Origin: Octopus bimaculoides
Taxonomy: Eukaryota
Length of the DNA stretch: 64,000 nucleotides
NCBI RefSeq assembly: GCF_001194135.2
Contig: NC_068981.1
Coordinates: forward strand, 65,597,070-65,661,069
Direction: 5' to 3'
Position 1 is the stretch's first letter, and the number at the start of each line of letters is the position of its first letter. The notes under the pieces were generated by a model. That model worked only from the letters and a program-made list of their open reading frames with translations, did no database searches and was not told the origin of the DNA. The translations under genes were made by a program, and so were the position numbers. Positions 12,156 through 24,500 of this stretch are shown one piece after another.

Positions 12156-14496
12156 TCATATGCACCTTGAGAATAATGGCTATAAAAATGTCTAGCCATT
12201 TTTCTCAGCCATCTTTACTTCCTTTGTTCCCTTCCATACCCCCTCCCCTTTACCTTCCACACAATATTGTTTACTAATTTATTTGTCTGGAAACAAACAG
12301 CTCCAAGGCAACCATAACTGCTGTATATAGAGTAGTTTCTTCAAATTATTACTTCTTGTAAGCTGTTGAAACCGAATTTGTACTAATAAACTATTTGAAA
12401 TTGTTTCTTTTTTTATTTTTATTTCTTTTTGCTTTTATTTTGCAATAACCTCTGTTGTTGACGTTCTAATTTCAGCTAATTCAAACGAGGTATGGAACGA
12501 TTTTCCATTACATAGCAACTATTTATTTAATCCCACTAATGCAATTTGAATTCACACCACAGAAATGACTTATGAAATTAAATATTGTGATACATTTGTT
12601 CTTGCCCTCTACGCTAGTTTACTCTAACTAGCTACTGAATGCTTAAGTTCCCTAAGTATCAACACAGTAATATACAACAATTTAATCAACTTGCATTCTT
12701 CTAATGATTTAAGTTATAAGTTGGGGCTATTTTGAGGTACCACCTACGTGGGCTTTTAGTCAGTTCTATTGACCCCAGTACTTGTTTCAGTTTGGAAGCA
12801 TGTGGCTTAGTGGTTATGGGTATTGGACTCATGATTGTAAGATTCTGGTCTCAATTCCTAGACCAGGCAACACATTGTGTTCTTGAGCAAAACACTTCAT
12901 TTCACATTGCTCCAGTGCACTCAGCTGGCAAAAGTGAGTAATCTTGCAACGGACCAGCGTCCTTTCCAGGTGGGAAATTTATACACCATGGAAACCAGAA
13001 AACTGACCCTTATGAGTCAGCATGACTCAAGAAGATAACCTTTACGTTTATCTTTTTGGTTTAGTTTTGTATTTATTTTATTGATTTATATTTTTTTTAT
13101 TTATATCTGAGTTGCTAAGTCAATTGTTGAAACAGATTTTTTAAATTAGTAGTGTCTTGTCAAACATATAAACACACACATATGTACAGACTTCTTCAGT
13201 TTTCATTTACCAAATTTCACTCACAAGGTCAATCCAGCTTGTAATGATAATGTAACTTATGAAAACTAAAAGCAAATTATGAAATTCCCATTTATTTACT
13301 AATATTCCCTGACACCAGCAGCCTTAATCTCTGCTGTACCATTAAATTATGTTACCTTAAATCCCCAAATATTTTTTCCCTTGTGTTTTATCTTTGACCA
13401 GCCTAACTCTGGTCTCTCTCTCTCTCTGTTCGATAACCACTTGCCTCCCCAACACTTACCTCCTTCTCCCCCACCCCACCCTAAATAAACTAGCTCACTC
13501 AGATTCCCCTACCTCATTTTAATCACCTCGCCAAAAGAGTAGAAAACCAGATGTTCAGATAAGCAATCTTATTCTTTCAACCATGTACATCTTTAACCCT
13601 TCTCTTTCAGTGCAGATCATCATAATTAGCTTATTAGTTTATTTCATTACCTATGTAAGCATAGTTTTGTCTTCCATGCTGTATGTTTAAAAAAAAACAC
13701 ACTTAAGATCCCTCAATCCAATTCTCAGTCAAACCGTCCAATCTATGCCAGCATGGAAAGCGGACATTAAACAATGATGATGATTGTTTTCAACTATCAC
13801 TAGCAGCACTTCAAGATATATCTCAATGGCTATAGTATAACCTGTTTGTTTTGACTCCAAAACATCCAGGGTAACAAAGTACCTGTCACATCATTGAATT
13901 CCCGGCCTTGTTTCTATGTTAGAAACAACTATTATTATAAATTGATGGATTGGAAGAATCATTAGAGCAGTGGACAAAATGCATTGCATTAAGTATATCT
14001 TCAAGCACTTTATATTCTAAGTTCAAACTGCATGGAGGTAAACTTTGTTTTTCATCCTTTCAGAGTTAATAAAATCAATTAATGAGGTTGATCATATTAG
14101 CTAAAACCCTCCCCTCAAAGATCGCTGACCTTGTGCCTAAGTCAGGAAACCATCATCAGAGTGATTGATAAAATGTCTTGTTATAAGTAGTTACATTCCT
14201 TCATTCCTGAATTCAAAATCCAATGGAGGCCAGCTTCTCCTTTCATCCTCGCAGAGTAGATAAAGTAATCAGTCAAGTACTGGGGTTGATATAATTAAAT
14301 ACATCCTTCAAGAAAAATTAGTGATCTAATGCCTAGGTCACAGTTTATTAATTTGTAACATAGATGGGTAATCAGTGTAAAATGTAGGTGGAGAGGGACA
14401 ATGTTAAGAATTAAAGATGGGTGAAATAGTTACAGAACAAAATAATGAAATATGCAGTTTTGCTCTCATTTAATTACAACAGTAGAATACTGCAGT

Positions 14497-15443
14497 TATC
14501 AGGTCATCTGTCCGATTTTACCTTTTTTAAAACTGAATGAAATTTAATAGTATTTTAGAATGTCTAATGGAATTAAAAATCATTTTTATGCATTTGTGTA
14601 CATTTAAACTAATTAAATATTATTTTACAGAATAATAGAATTAAAATTTCTTTGATTAAAACCCTTTCTAACATGGAAGTATCCAAAAACCATTTGAGGC
14701 ACATAATGCTTGATGAGTACAAAAATCGAAACTTTGCAGCCAAAGCGACTCGAAATATACACTCAGTTTATGGGAAAGAACTTGCAGAAGATGGTTTGCA
14801 AAATTCAGAAGTGGAGATTCAGCCTTGAAGATGAAGATCGAACAGGACGTCCAGTTGAGTTTGATGATAAGCTCCTTGAGGCATTACTTGAAGAAAATCC
14901 TGCTATTATCAGTTGAAGAATTGGCAATAAAGCTTAGTTCAAACAATACAACCGTTCATCGTCATCTTCAACAACTTGGAAAGGTTCCTAAACTTGGAAA
15001 ATAGGTGCCTCGTGAATTGTCTGAAAGTAACTGCAAATCCCAAGTTGACATCTGCTCTTCTCTCCATTCTTGCGAACTCATTTCACCCTTTTTGGATAGA
15101 CTGGTGACGAAAAATGGATCTTCTATCNNNNNNNNNNNNNNNNNNNNNNNNNNNNNNNNNNNNNNNNNNNNNNNNNNNNNNNNNNNNNNNNNNNNNNNNN
15201 NNNNNNNNNNNNNNNNNNNNNNNNNNNNNNNNNNNNNNNNNNNGGAGTGATGTTTCATCAGGACAATGCACGACCCCACACTGCAAGGATCACATCACAG
15301 AAGATCGAAGAGCTTGGTTGGGAAAAAATTCCTCATCCATCTTATTCTCCCGACCTTGCTCCTTCAGACTATCATTTGTTTCATAGTTTACAGAATCATT
15401 TGGGGGGCATAACTTTTGCAAGCTAGGAGGAGGTCAAAACAAC
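14497..15443 (+). mobile_element. Decayed mariner (Tc1/mariner) transposase remnant, truncated by an RTE insertion
   Basis: From ATG 14673: MEVSKNHLRHIML...FSLEDEDRTGRPVEFDD...TVHRHLQQLGK...(W)VPREL, then HQDNARPH and YSPDLAPSDYHLF (catalytic D motifs). Contains stops, frameshifts and an N gap. Confidence 0.9.
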
Positions 15444-16378
15444 AGAGTGTAAGCGACTGGAGAGAAAAGTTTGACCTAAGAAGCATCAGATGTGGTGTGC
15501 AAGAGAGATGACTGTGCTGCTATAGACATGTGGTGCAAATGGATGAGGCCAGCTGTGTGAAAAAGTGTCACACCCTAGCAGTTGAGGGAATCTGTGGAAG
15601 AGGTAGACCCAGGAAGACCTGGGATGAGGTGATGAAGTACGACCTTTGGACATTGGGCCTCACCGAGGCAATGACTAGTGACTGAGATCTTTGGAAATAT
15701 GCTGTGCTTGAGAAGACCCGGCAAGCCAAGTGAGACCATAACTCGTGGCCTATGCCAGCGGTGTAACCAGCCTACTTATGCGTTGCTTGCGAAGACCTGT
15801 TGAGGCAAGTGAAATCACAATCAAAATCAAATTCGCTGACGTGGCNNNNNNNNNNGGTGTAACCAGCCTACTTATGCGTTGCTTGCGAAGACCTGTTGAG
15901 GCAAGTGAAATCACAATCAAAATCAAATTCGCTGACGTGGCCAATGACAGCACCTGTGCCAGTGGAATGTTAAAAGCACCATCCAAGTGTGATTGTTGCC
16001 AGGGCTGCTGACTGGATCTCGTGCCACATAAAAAGTACCATTCAAGCGTGATCGTTACTAGCGTCGCCTTACTGGCACGTGAAAAACAACATTCAAGCGA
16101 GTACGTTCCCAGTGCCACTGGACTGGCTCTTGTGCAGGTGGCACATTAAAAAACACCGTTTGAGCATGGCCGTCACCAGTACTGCCTAACTGGCCCTCAT
16201 GCCGGTTGCATGTAAAAGCACCCACTACACTCTCAGAGTCGTTGGCATTAGGAAGGGCATCTAGCTGTAGAAACTCTGCCAGATCAGATTGGGGCCTTCT
16301 GCAGCCATTTGGCTTGCCAGTTCTCAGTCAAACCGTTCAACCCATGCCAGCATGGAAAGCGGACGTTAAATGATGATG
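15444..16378 (+). mobile_element. 5'-truncated RTE-clade LINE (RT C-terminus, repetitive 3' UTR, (GAT)n tail)
   Basis: Encodes degenerate ...[27 protein letters not shown]...; ends CCCATGCCAGCATGGAAAGCGGACGTTAAATGATGATG. Confidence 0.85.
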
Positions 16379-16945
16379 TTTTAATTTAGATCTCTTTAAA
16401 CAGGAAGTTTGTATCATAGAAGCAGAAGCAGTCGTAGACTGGTTGGTATCAAAAGCGTTAATAATAACAAAGTAATGTATCGTTTCAAAATACTTTTATT
16501 TTTGTCACACAAAATTCCAAATTCATTTTTAATATTTCCATTTTCCTGAATATATGATTCATTTTCCCAACAAGAATTATTTTATTTTATTTATTAAATC
16601 AAGCCTTAACTTTTGAATCCGTTACTTGACACTATAATCTGTTTAAAAATTACTTAGCTGTAGAGCTAAAAACAAGTAAATAGATCAAATATCAGACACT
16701 TACTATTTAAATAAATTTGGAGTTCAAATCCAGGTAATTTATCGTGTATCTTTCAAAAACACTGAAATGCTAGGTGTTTACACTAATTTATATTTACATA
16801 CCCTACTCCCAACCAACTCTAATTATCATTATGTGGAATGTGGCTTCATCATCATTTATTTTTCCCCTCAAAAGTTTACAAAATTTTATTCAGTTTTGAA
16901 GTTATTTTACAAATTTTCTTTGATTTAGTTAATTATTAATTAAAA

Positions 16946-17375
16946 GGCGTGGCTGTGTGGTAAGAAGCTTGCTTCCCAACCACATTGTTCTGGGTTCAGT
17001 CCCACCGCATGGCACCTTAGGCTAGTATCTTCTACCATAGCCTCAGTGTGAGTGGATTTGGTAGATGGAAACTAAAAGAAGCCCATCATATATATGTGTG
17101 TGTGTTTATCGCCCCCCCCCCCCNNNNNNNNNNNNNNNNNNNNNNNNNNNNNNNNNNNNNNNNNNNNNNNNCCCCCCCCACCAATACCACTTGACAGTTG
17201 ATGCTGATGTGTTTATGTCCCCATAACTTAGTGGTTCGGCAAAAGACTGATGCAATACATACTAGTCTTACAAAGAACAAGTCCAGAAGTTGATTTCATC
17301 AACTAAAACCCTTTAAGGCGGTACTCCAGCATGGCCGCAGTCAAACGACTGAAACAAGTACAAGAATAGAAGAAT
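16946..17375 (+). mobile_element. tRNA-derived SINE, family A, just downstream of the GMPPA stop codon (antisense to GMPPA)
   Basis: Same family as 4500-4905; contains an N gap. Confidence 0.75.
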
Positions 17376-17427
17376 AGGAAAAAAAAAAAAAAAAAACCCA
17401 ATAGAGCAGAGCTTATTTTTTCAACTT

Positions 17428-17528
17428 TTACAAAATAATTTGATTCTTGTAACTTGAATTTAAATCTTTGTCAGGAAGAACTATAGAATTCAAAATGATC
17501 ACTTCTGGAGGGATATGAACCTTAGAAC
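17428..17528 (-). CDS. GMPPA: GMPPA terminal exon 11 ([33 protein letters not shown], 101 nt)
   Basis: Acceptor CTTTTACAG; TAA at 17430-17428; C-terminal NQIIL typical of GMPPA. Confidence 0.95.
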
Positions 17529-20500
17529 CTGTAAAAGATTAAAAATAAATAAGATTAGCTAAGGCATATTTTGCAAGATAAATTTTCAACAAAACAGACA
17601 ACAGAAGGTTTGTTTGAATTAGCATATTAGAAATGCCTTCAACCTGGATGCAAGCTGTATCTACTGCATAACATTTTAAGCAATTGTCTGGCTTTGGGCT
17701 TGCTAATATTTTGTGAGTGAAAATCATAGATGGAAATACAAGCCTGTTATGTGTGAGTCTGTGCATGATTGTGTATGTATTCATGTTTTCTCCTTGTCAT
17801 GAAATTGTGTACTGCTCCAGTAAAGTTTCCTCTGATCCTTGCCAGCATGGACAGTAAAACAATGATGATAATGATAAAACTGTCACACTATTTGAGCTAT
17901 ATAGTTTTAACCTTTTAGCATTTAAACCAGCCACAATATTCTACCTGTTTTATGTTCAAAATGACCAAATTTGGCCTCTCATACCAAACTCACAATATAA
18001 TTCTAAAAATTAACAGTTAATTCATCAAAATCTCAATGTAACGAAATAAAGCATGATTAATTCAAAACAATGTGAATAAATAAGCATTACATTCTACAGA
18101 GTAATCTGAATACTAAAGAGTTAAATAACTAAGCATGTGATCAGCACAGTGTTATGCAAATGACAGATAAATGCCCATCCACCAGATGATTCTAATAAGC
18201 TATTCCTAATAAGCACTTCTAATATGCTGGGTAAATTGAGACACAGAATTAAGTGTAGTGGAACACATGAAATGTTAATCCAATACTACATTTATCATTC
18301 ATTTTGTTCCTACAGCTATTGAATATCTGTATTTTTATATTTCTTTCAGCTGTAACTGATAACTGGCACTCTGTCAATTACAACAACGAAGATTTTGGTT
18401 GATCTGATCAACGGAACAGCCTGCTCGTGAAATTAACGTGCATGTGGCTGAGCACTCCACAGACACATGTATCCTTAATGTAGTTCTCAGGGAGATTCAG
18501 TGTGACAAGGCTGGCCTTTTGAAATACAGGTACTACTCATTTTTGCCAGCTGAGTGGACTGGAGCAACGTGAAATAAAGTGTCTTGCTCAAGGACACAAC
18601 ACGTCACCAGGAATTGAATTCATGAACTTACAATCATAAGCTGAATACCATAACCACTAAGCCATTCACCTTTAGCTGTATGAGGCTGAATATTAGGTTT
18701 TAAACAGACAATATGGCAAAATCAAAGTGTTTTTTTGTAATTCACCTCAAAGTATAAACTATGCAATGTATATATCACCACTGATTTAAAATCCGCTTTT
18801 TCATGTATTTGAGTTTATTGGGGCAAATGTTCTACAGCTTGATGCCCTTCCCAATGCCAACCACTTTAAAGCATGTAAAGTGGCACTAGTGAGTTACCAC
18901 ATAGCCTGCAAAACTAAGAAGGCTTTCAAATGAGTGGGGTTACAGTAGTGAGGGAGGTGACTTTATACTATAGAATGAGGGGTGAAAGTGTGACAGAAGG
19001 GGCTAGAAAAGAACAGGTGGCAAGCTGGCAGAAATGTTAGCATGGTGGGTGAAATGCTTAGCGGTATTTCGTCTGCCATTACGTTAAGAGTTCAAATTCC
19101 GCCGAGGTCGACACAGCTTTTCAGATTATGAAAGAGAAGGTGGGTCAAACAGGAAAGAAAATAATAGTGGTCATGAGGTGTCAGGGTGGACCATCAAGAT
19201 ACAAGGAGAGCAGAAGTGAGTGAGGACAAAAGAACATAAAGTGTGGATGGGTAGAGGTAAGAGTGTAAGGGAGAATAAGAGATAGTTAAAGAATGGCTGA
19301 CAGGGTGAATATAATTATTTCTACTCTAGGCACAAGGCCCTGAAAATTTTTGGGAAAGGGACTAGTCGATTACATCAACCCCAGTGTTTCACTGGTACTT
19401 AATTTATCGACCCTGAAAGGATGAAAGGCAAAGTCAACCTTGGTGGAATTTGAACTCAGAATGTAAAGGTGGACAAAATACTGCTAAGCATTTTGCCCGG
19501 CGTGCTAACAATTCTGCCAGCTTGCCGTTTTAGGGTGAATATAATGAAGAACAAGTGATGATAAGTTGGAGGGGTGACTAATGATACAAGAGCTGAGAGG
19601 TGGGGTGAGGAGGGCAGCGGAATAGCAATGAGAGGCTGAGACATGTGGTAGGCTGTAAGAGTGTTGAGCAGATATATGAAATAGGGAGAGGTGTATGATG
19701 GTAAAGGAGAGAAAATTTGGTGACTCAAGAAGGTGGTCAATGTATATTGTCAATATTAAGAAAGAAAGATGGATAACAAGTGAAATGGTATGGATTAGTA
19801 AGAAGGATAAGTTTATCAGAGAAAAGTTAGTGAAGTGTGAAGTTTTGATGACATTTAATTACAACAGCAGAATATTTAGCTGATAAATGGTAGGAATGAC
19901 TAGAAGGTAAAACGGGTGGCAGCTGTGCACATTAGGCTTCCAGAATCTGTTTCACTGAGGTGGGCAAGTCTTCCTGATAACCAATTATCACCAGTCATCT
20001 TAGTCTTTTGTCATCTCCTCCATGAGGTTCTACATAAGGCACAGGTGTGACTGTATGGTTAAGAAGCTTGCTTCCTAACTGAGTGGATTTGGGAAACAGA
20101 AACTGAAGGAAGCCTATTCTGCATGTGTGTTGTATGCCCTTGTCTCAACATCGTGTGATGATTGTAAGCAATCATCAGTCATTTTCCAGTTTGAGGGAAA
20201 ATATTACTTTGCTTGAAAAGAGGTGAGGGTTAGCAACAGGAAAGGTGTCTGGCCATAGAAAAATCTGCTTCAACAAATTCCACCTGACCCATGCAAGTAC
20301 AGAAAATTGGACATTAAATGTTTTTTTTTTATGCATATAGTTTAATTTCTTTCTCAATAAAACTAAATTTCCTTAAAATAGTAAATTTAAATGAAGTAAA
20401 GAACAAAGAGCCAAGATTGATTATTATAAAAGATATTTACCTATGACTGTTATGGAAGGATTCAGTCTACCATCATCTGTAAATAAGGCTGGGATATCAA

Positions 20501-21456
20501 GCTTTGCAAAGGGTTTGTTTGGATTCGGGTCATTAGGAGTGCCTTCAACTCGGCTCCAAGCTCCTACAATACTGTTCCAACCGACAATGCTGTACAGAAT
20601 ACAACTGTGGTCCTGTTGAGATAATAGAGAGCTAAGTAATGTATGAATTTATATAGAAATCTATATAAAAATAAAAAAATTACATTATATTTCAAATTGG
20701 TTCTTTAATTTCATGATCTTACGTTTAAAAAGATCAAAGCACAGAAAGTTAATGAACACAAGAAATTACTGCTAATATATAATAAAACATATCTAGATTT
20801 TTCTAGATGTCCTGATTGCTGGGATTTAAGGCATGTAATAATATGATTTTAATTTAAATATGAGCATATCAACATGGACAACCTCAAGTAGATTGTATTT
20901 AGAAATTTAAACTTTTAGCATTTAAACCAGCCATATCTGACCGAAATATTTTGACATTTTAATGTTCAAACTGGCCTGATCCATCATCTCACACCTACTT
21001 TACAATGTTATAATAAAAATAAACAACCACATCACTGAAATCTTGAAGCTATGAGATAATGCATGATTAATTCAAAACAATGTGAATAAATAAACATCAC
21101 ATTTGACAAAGAAATTTGAATGCTAAAGGGTTAAACAAACACAGATTTGAAAATATTCATTTAATTTCCTTCTCAGCAAAACTAAACATTTAAAATAGTA
21201 AAGAACACTTGAAGAACTGCAATGGTTAAGAAGTTCACTTTGCATGGCACCATGGGCAAATGTCTTTTACCGTTGTCTTGCGTAAAACAATATCTTGCAA
21301 GTGGAAATTAGTGGACAAAAACAATGTAGAACTTTGTCATTTGTGTGTGTGCGTGCGTAAACATAAGTGAGAAAATGCAAAAACTGATGCTCTTTGAATG
21401 AGGTCTTCTGCAATGTTTATTCTGCATCAAGTTACTTATTTTTGTATGTATATATA

Positions 21457-21508
<52 letters not shown>

Positions 21509-24500
21509 TACACACATATAGATGCTTGCTCACATGTGTATACATTTATATATCTTTTCTATTGTTTCAGTCATTGAATTGCAGCCTGCTGGGGCACTTC
21601 CTTGGAGGGTTTAGTCAAATGAATCAACCCCCAGTACTAATTTTTAAGTTTGGTACATATTGTATTAGTCTGTTTTGCTGAACAACTAACTTTTATGTAA
21701 ACACTAACACTGGATGTCAAGTGGAACACACACACACACGACAGGCTTCTGCACAATAAGTGAATTCACTTACAAGGCACTTACTAGGGCTATAGTAGAG
21801 TACACTTAAAGTGCCATGCAGAGAGACTGGACCCAAAATCACATGGTCACCACTTGAGCTCCTTACCTAACCACATGGCCATGCTTTCACACACACACAC
21901 AGACACAAACTAAAAGTACTTACCTGGAGAACTGCATCTTCCAAAATAATCGATTCACGTAATCGGACACCAGCTTTCACTTTCACATTTTTACCAATTG
22001 TCACATTTGGTCCAACCTAGTGAAGAGAGAAAGATATAAATTAGAAGATGAGTAGTGTAAATGTAAGACACTGCCTTAACAGATTCCTCAGTTTCCAAAT
22101 TCAATTGATAAAAAGGTATATAGCAAATCATGACATGACATTTTTTTTAAAAATTAGGTTAGGCATTGTCAATCTCCCTATGAATAAGATATTTAAAGCA
22201 CTGCCAGACAAATGAGATTGATGTGACCAATGCCCACTCTGAATATCAGAACGTTTGCAACAGAGTAGACTTTGATCAAGGCACTAAACTAAATAGATGT
22301 TAAACTTGGTGTCATACTATGCTTCTCTCCCATTGTATCTTATGAACCTTGTGAATCATAGAAATTTTATTTCAACTTGTTTTTGAGAAATATATATATA
22401 AATAACAGGCAAAAAGAACTGACTGAAATGTAGAACCAACAAAAACCTCAAAGTTAATAGCACAATAGAATCCATACAAACTCTAGCAGTAATTTCTTCT
22501 CTAAACCATGGGCAAATGCAAACATGTTAAGAGTTTTTCTGTTATATTTCTTATGCTGCCTAATTTTTCTTTTTTTCCTATTTAATAATAGTTGGAACAA
22601 GATTACGTATCAATTGTTTAAAATCTCTAAGTCAATGTAAGTCAATCTGTCAGTAACATAATACCTATTCTTAGGAACATTATAGAGTATCTATCATTAT
22701 CGACGGAGGGAAGGATGTTAGTGATGAAAAGGTAAGGTTTGGAGAAGTCAAATGGTTTCAACTGAAATCTGAAACTAGACTGCAGTGCTGGTTAACTGAA
22801 GGCTTAATTTTATTCAATAGCTCACGTTAGGAGATTAATGGTTAATTCAAAATCATAAGGAAGAAAGTTTGGTCAACAAACTCTTTTAACCTTGTCTAGC
22901 ATGTTTAATAAAAAGAATATAGAACTAATCACTAAAACAACAAAACAATAATAACAAAAGTAGCAGCACTGAGAAATGAAAGTAAACCTCAAGAACTTAC
23001 AACACATGTAGGGTCTACTTGAGCAGTAGGGTGGATATAGACATCACCAATGATTTTTGGAGAATCTTCTGTATTCACAGCCAGCCTTTCAGGGTGGGTT
23101 TTATTATAAATGGCAAGATAATGGCGATTTGCATATACAGCAGCTCTAGAAAAAAAAAGAGACAGAAGAAAATGTTAACAAAGAAGGCAAACAACTGTAG
23201 CATCAACAAACAAATATATAGGGTACCATGAAATGTTTAATAAAGACCAAACTGTTGTGTGGCTAAATCTCTCAACTCAGGTAAGAATTTCTGATCTACT
23301 GTAAGGATTTTATTATGTTTTTGGTGCTGAACTCTTCAATTCCATATACTTTGTTTGGTCCAACTTTGGGAAATAACTAACTAATCTGGGAACATGAAAT
23401 TTTCACTGATATACTAGCCGTTCTCATCATGTCCTCATCATTTTACATTTGCATTCCATTCTGATATGCGTTGGGTTGGGCAGGTTGTTGTGGTCTTATT
23501 CCTTATTTGAAGTTACTACTCTGAGAAAATTTGGAGAAACATATCTTGCTCATACATTCTATTTTGGGCAGGCTGATTTCCTTTCCAAGCATCAAATAAT
23601 TCACAGGTATATTGGGTGCACTTTATCATGGCATCACCACTACAGAAGTTATCATTTCCGTGACAACACTAAAAATTACCTTATACTGTGTTCATCGAAC
23701 CGAATCCGACGACTGGCATCCATGCCAACCTCTCCTTCATTAGACACTAAACTCTGCTTGCAAAGACCTGTTGGGGGCAAGTGAAATCGTAATTGAACCA
23801 TACTCGATGACTGGCACCTGCGCCAGTGGAGCATTAACAGCACTGTCCGAGCGTGTTCATTGCCAGAGCAGCTGTCTGGTTTCCGTGCTAGTGGCCCGTA
23901 AATAGCACCATTTGAGTGTAATCATTACCAGTGTTGCCTTCTAGCACTTTTGCTGGTGGCACATTAGAAAATCATTTGAGCGAGGTCGTTGCCAGTGCCG
24001 CTGGACTGGCTCCCATGCAGGTGGTACATAAAATACACCTTTTTGAGCGTGGCCGTTGCCAGTACGGTGTGACTGGCCCTCGTGCCAGTGGCATGTAAAA
24101 GCACCCACTACACTCTTGGAGTGGTTGGCATTAGGAAGGGCATCCAGCTGTAGAAACTATGCCAGATCAGACTGGAGCCTGGTGCAACCATCTGGTTCGC
24201 CAGTCCTCAGTCAAATCGTCCAACCCATGCCAGCATGGAAAGCAGACGTTAAACGATAATGATGATAAAGCAAAGTAAATACAAACAACAAAGACCAACA
24301 AAATTCCAAAGGACATTCACAGTTATTAATAGTATTGTTAGGCTGATGCTCAAAGAAGGAAAATAGTTATAGAGTAAAAGTTTAACATTTCAGACATAAT
24401 CCTTTGATGGATACCAGTGGAAAGTCCAGGAGAGACTAGGAAGTGAGATCTCTTTTTCTAACTCCTTTCCTCCAGTATCTGATGTTGGAAATGTTATACT

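Noticed and set aside
15766-15942. About 80-bp direct repeat around a 10-N gap
   Set aside because: Exact overlap across a placeholder gap; a scaffolding artefact.
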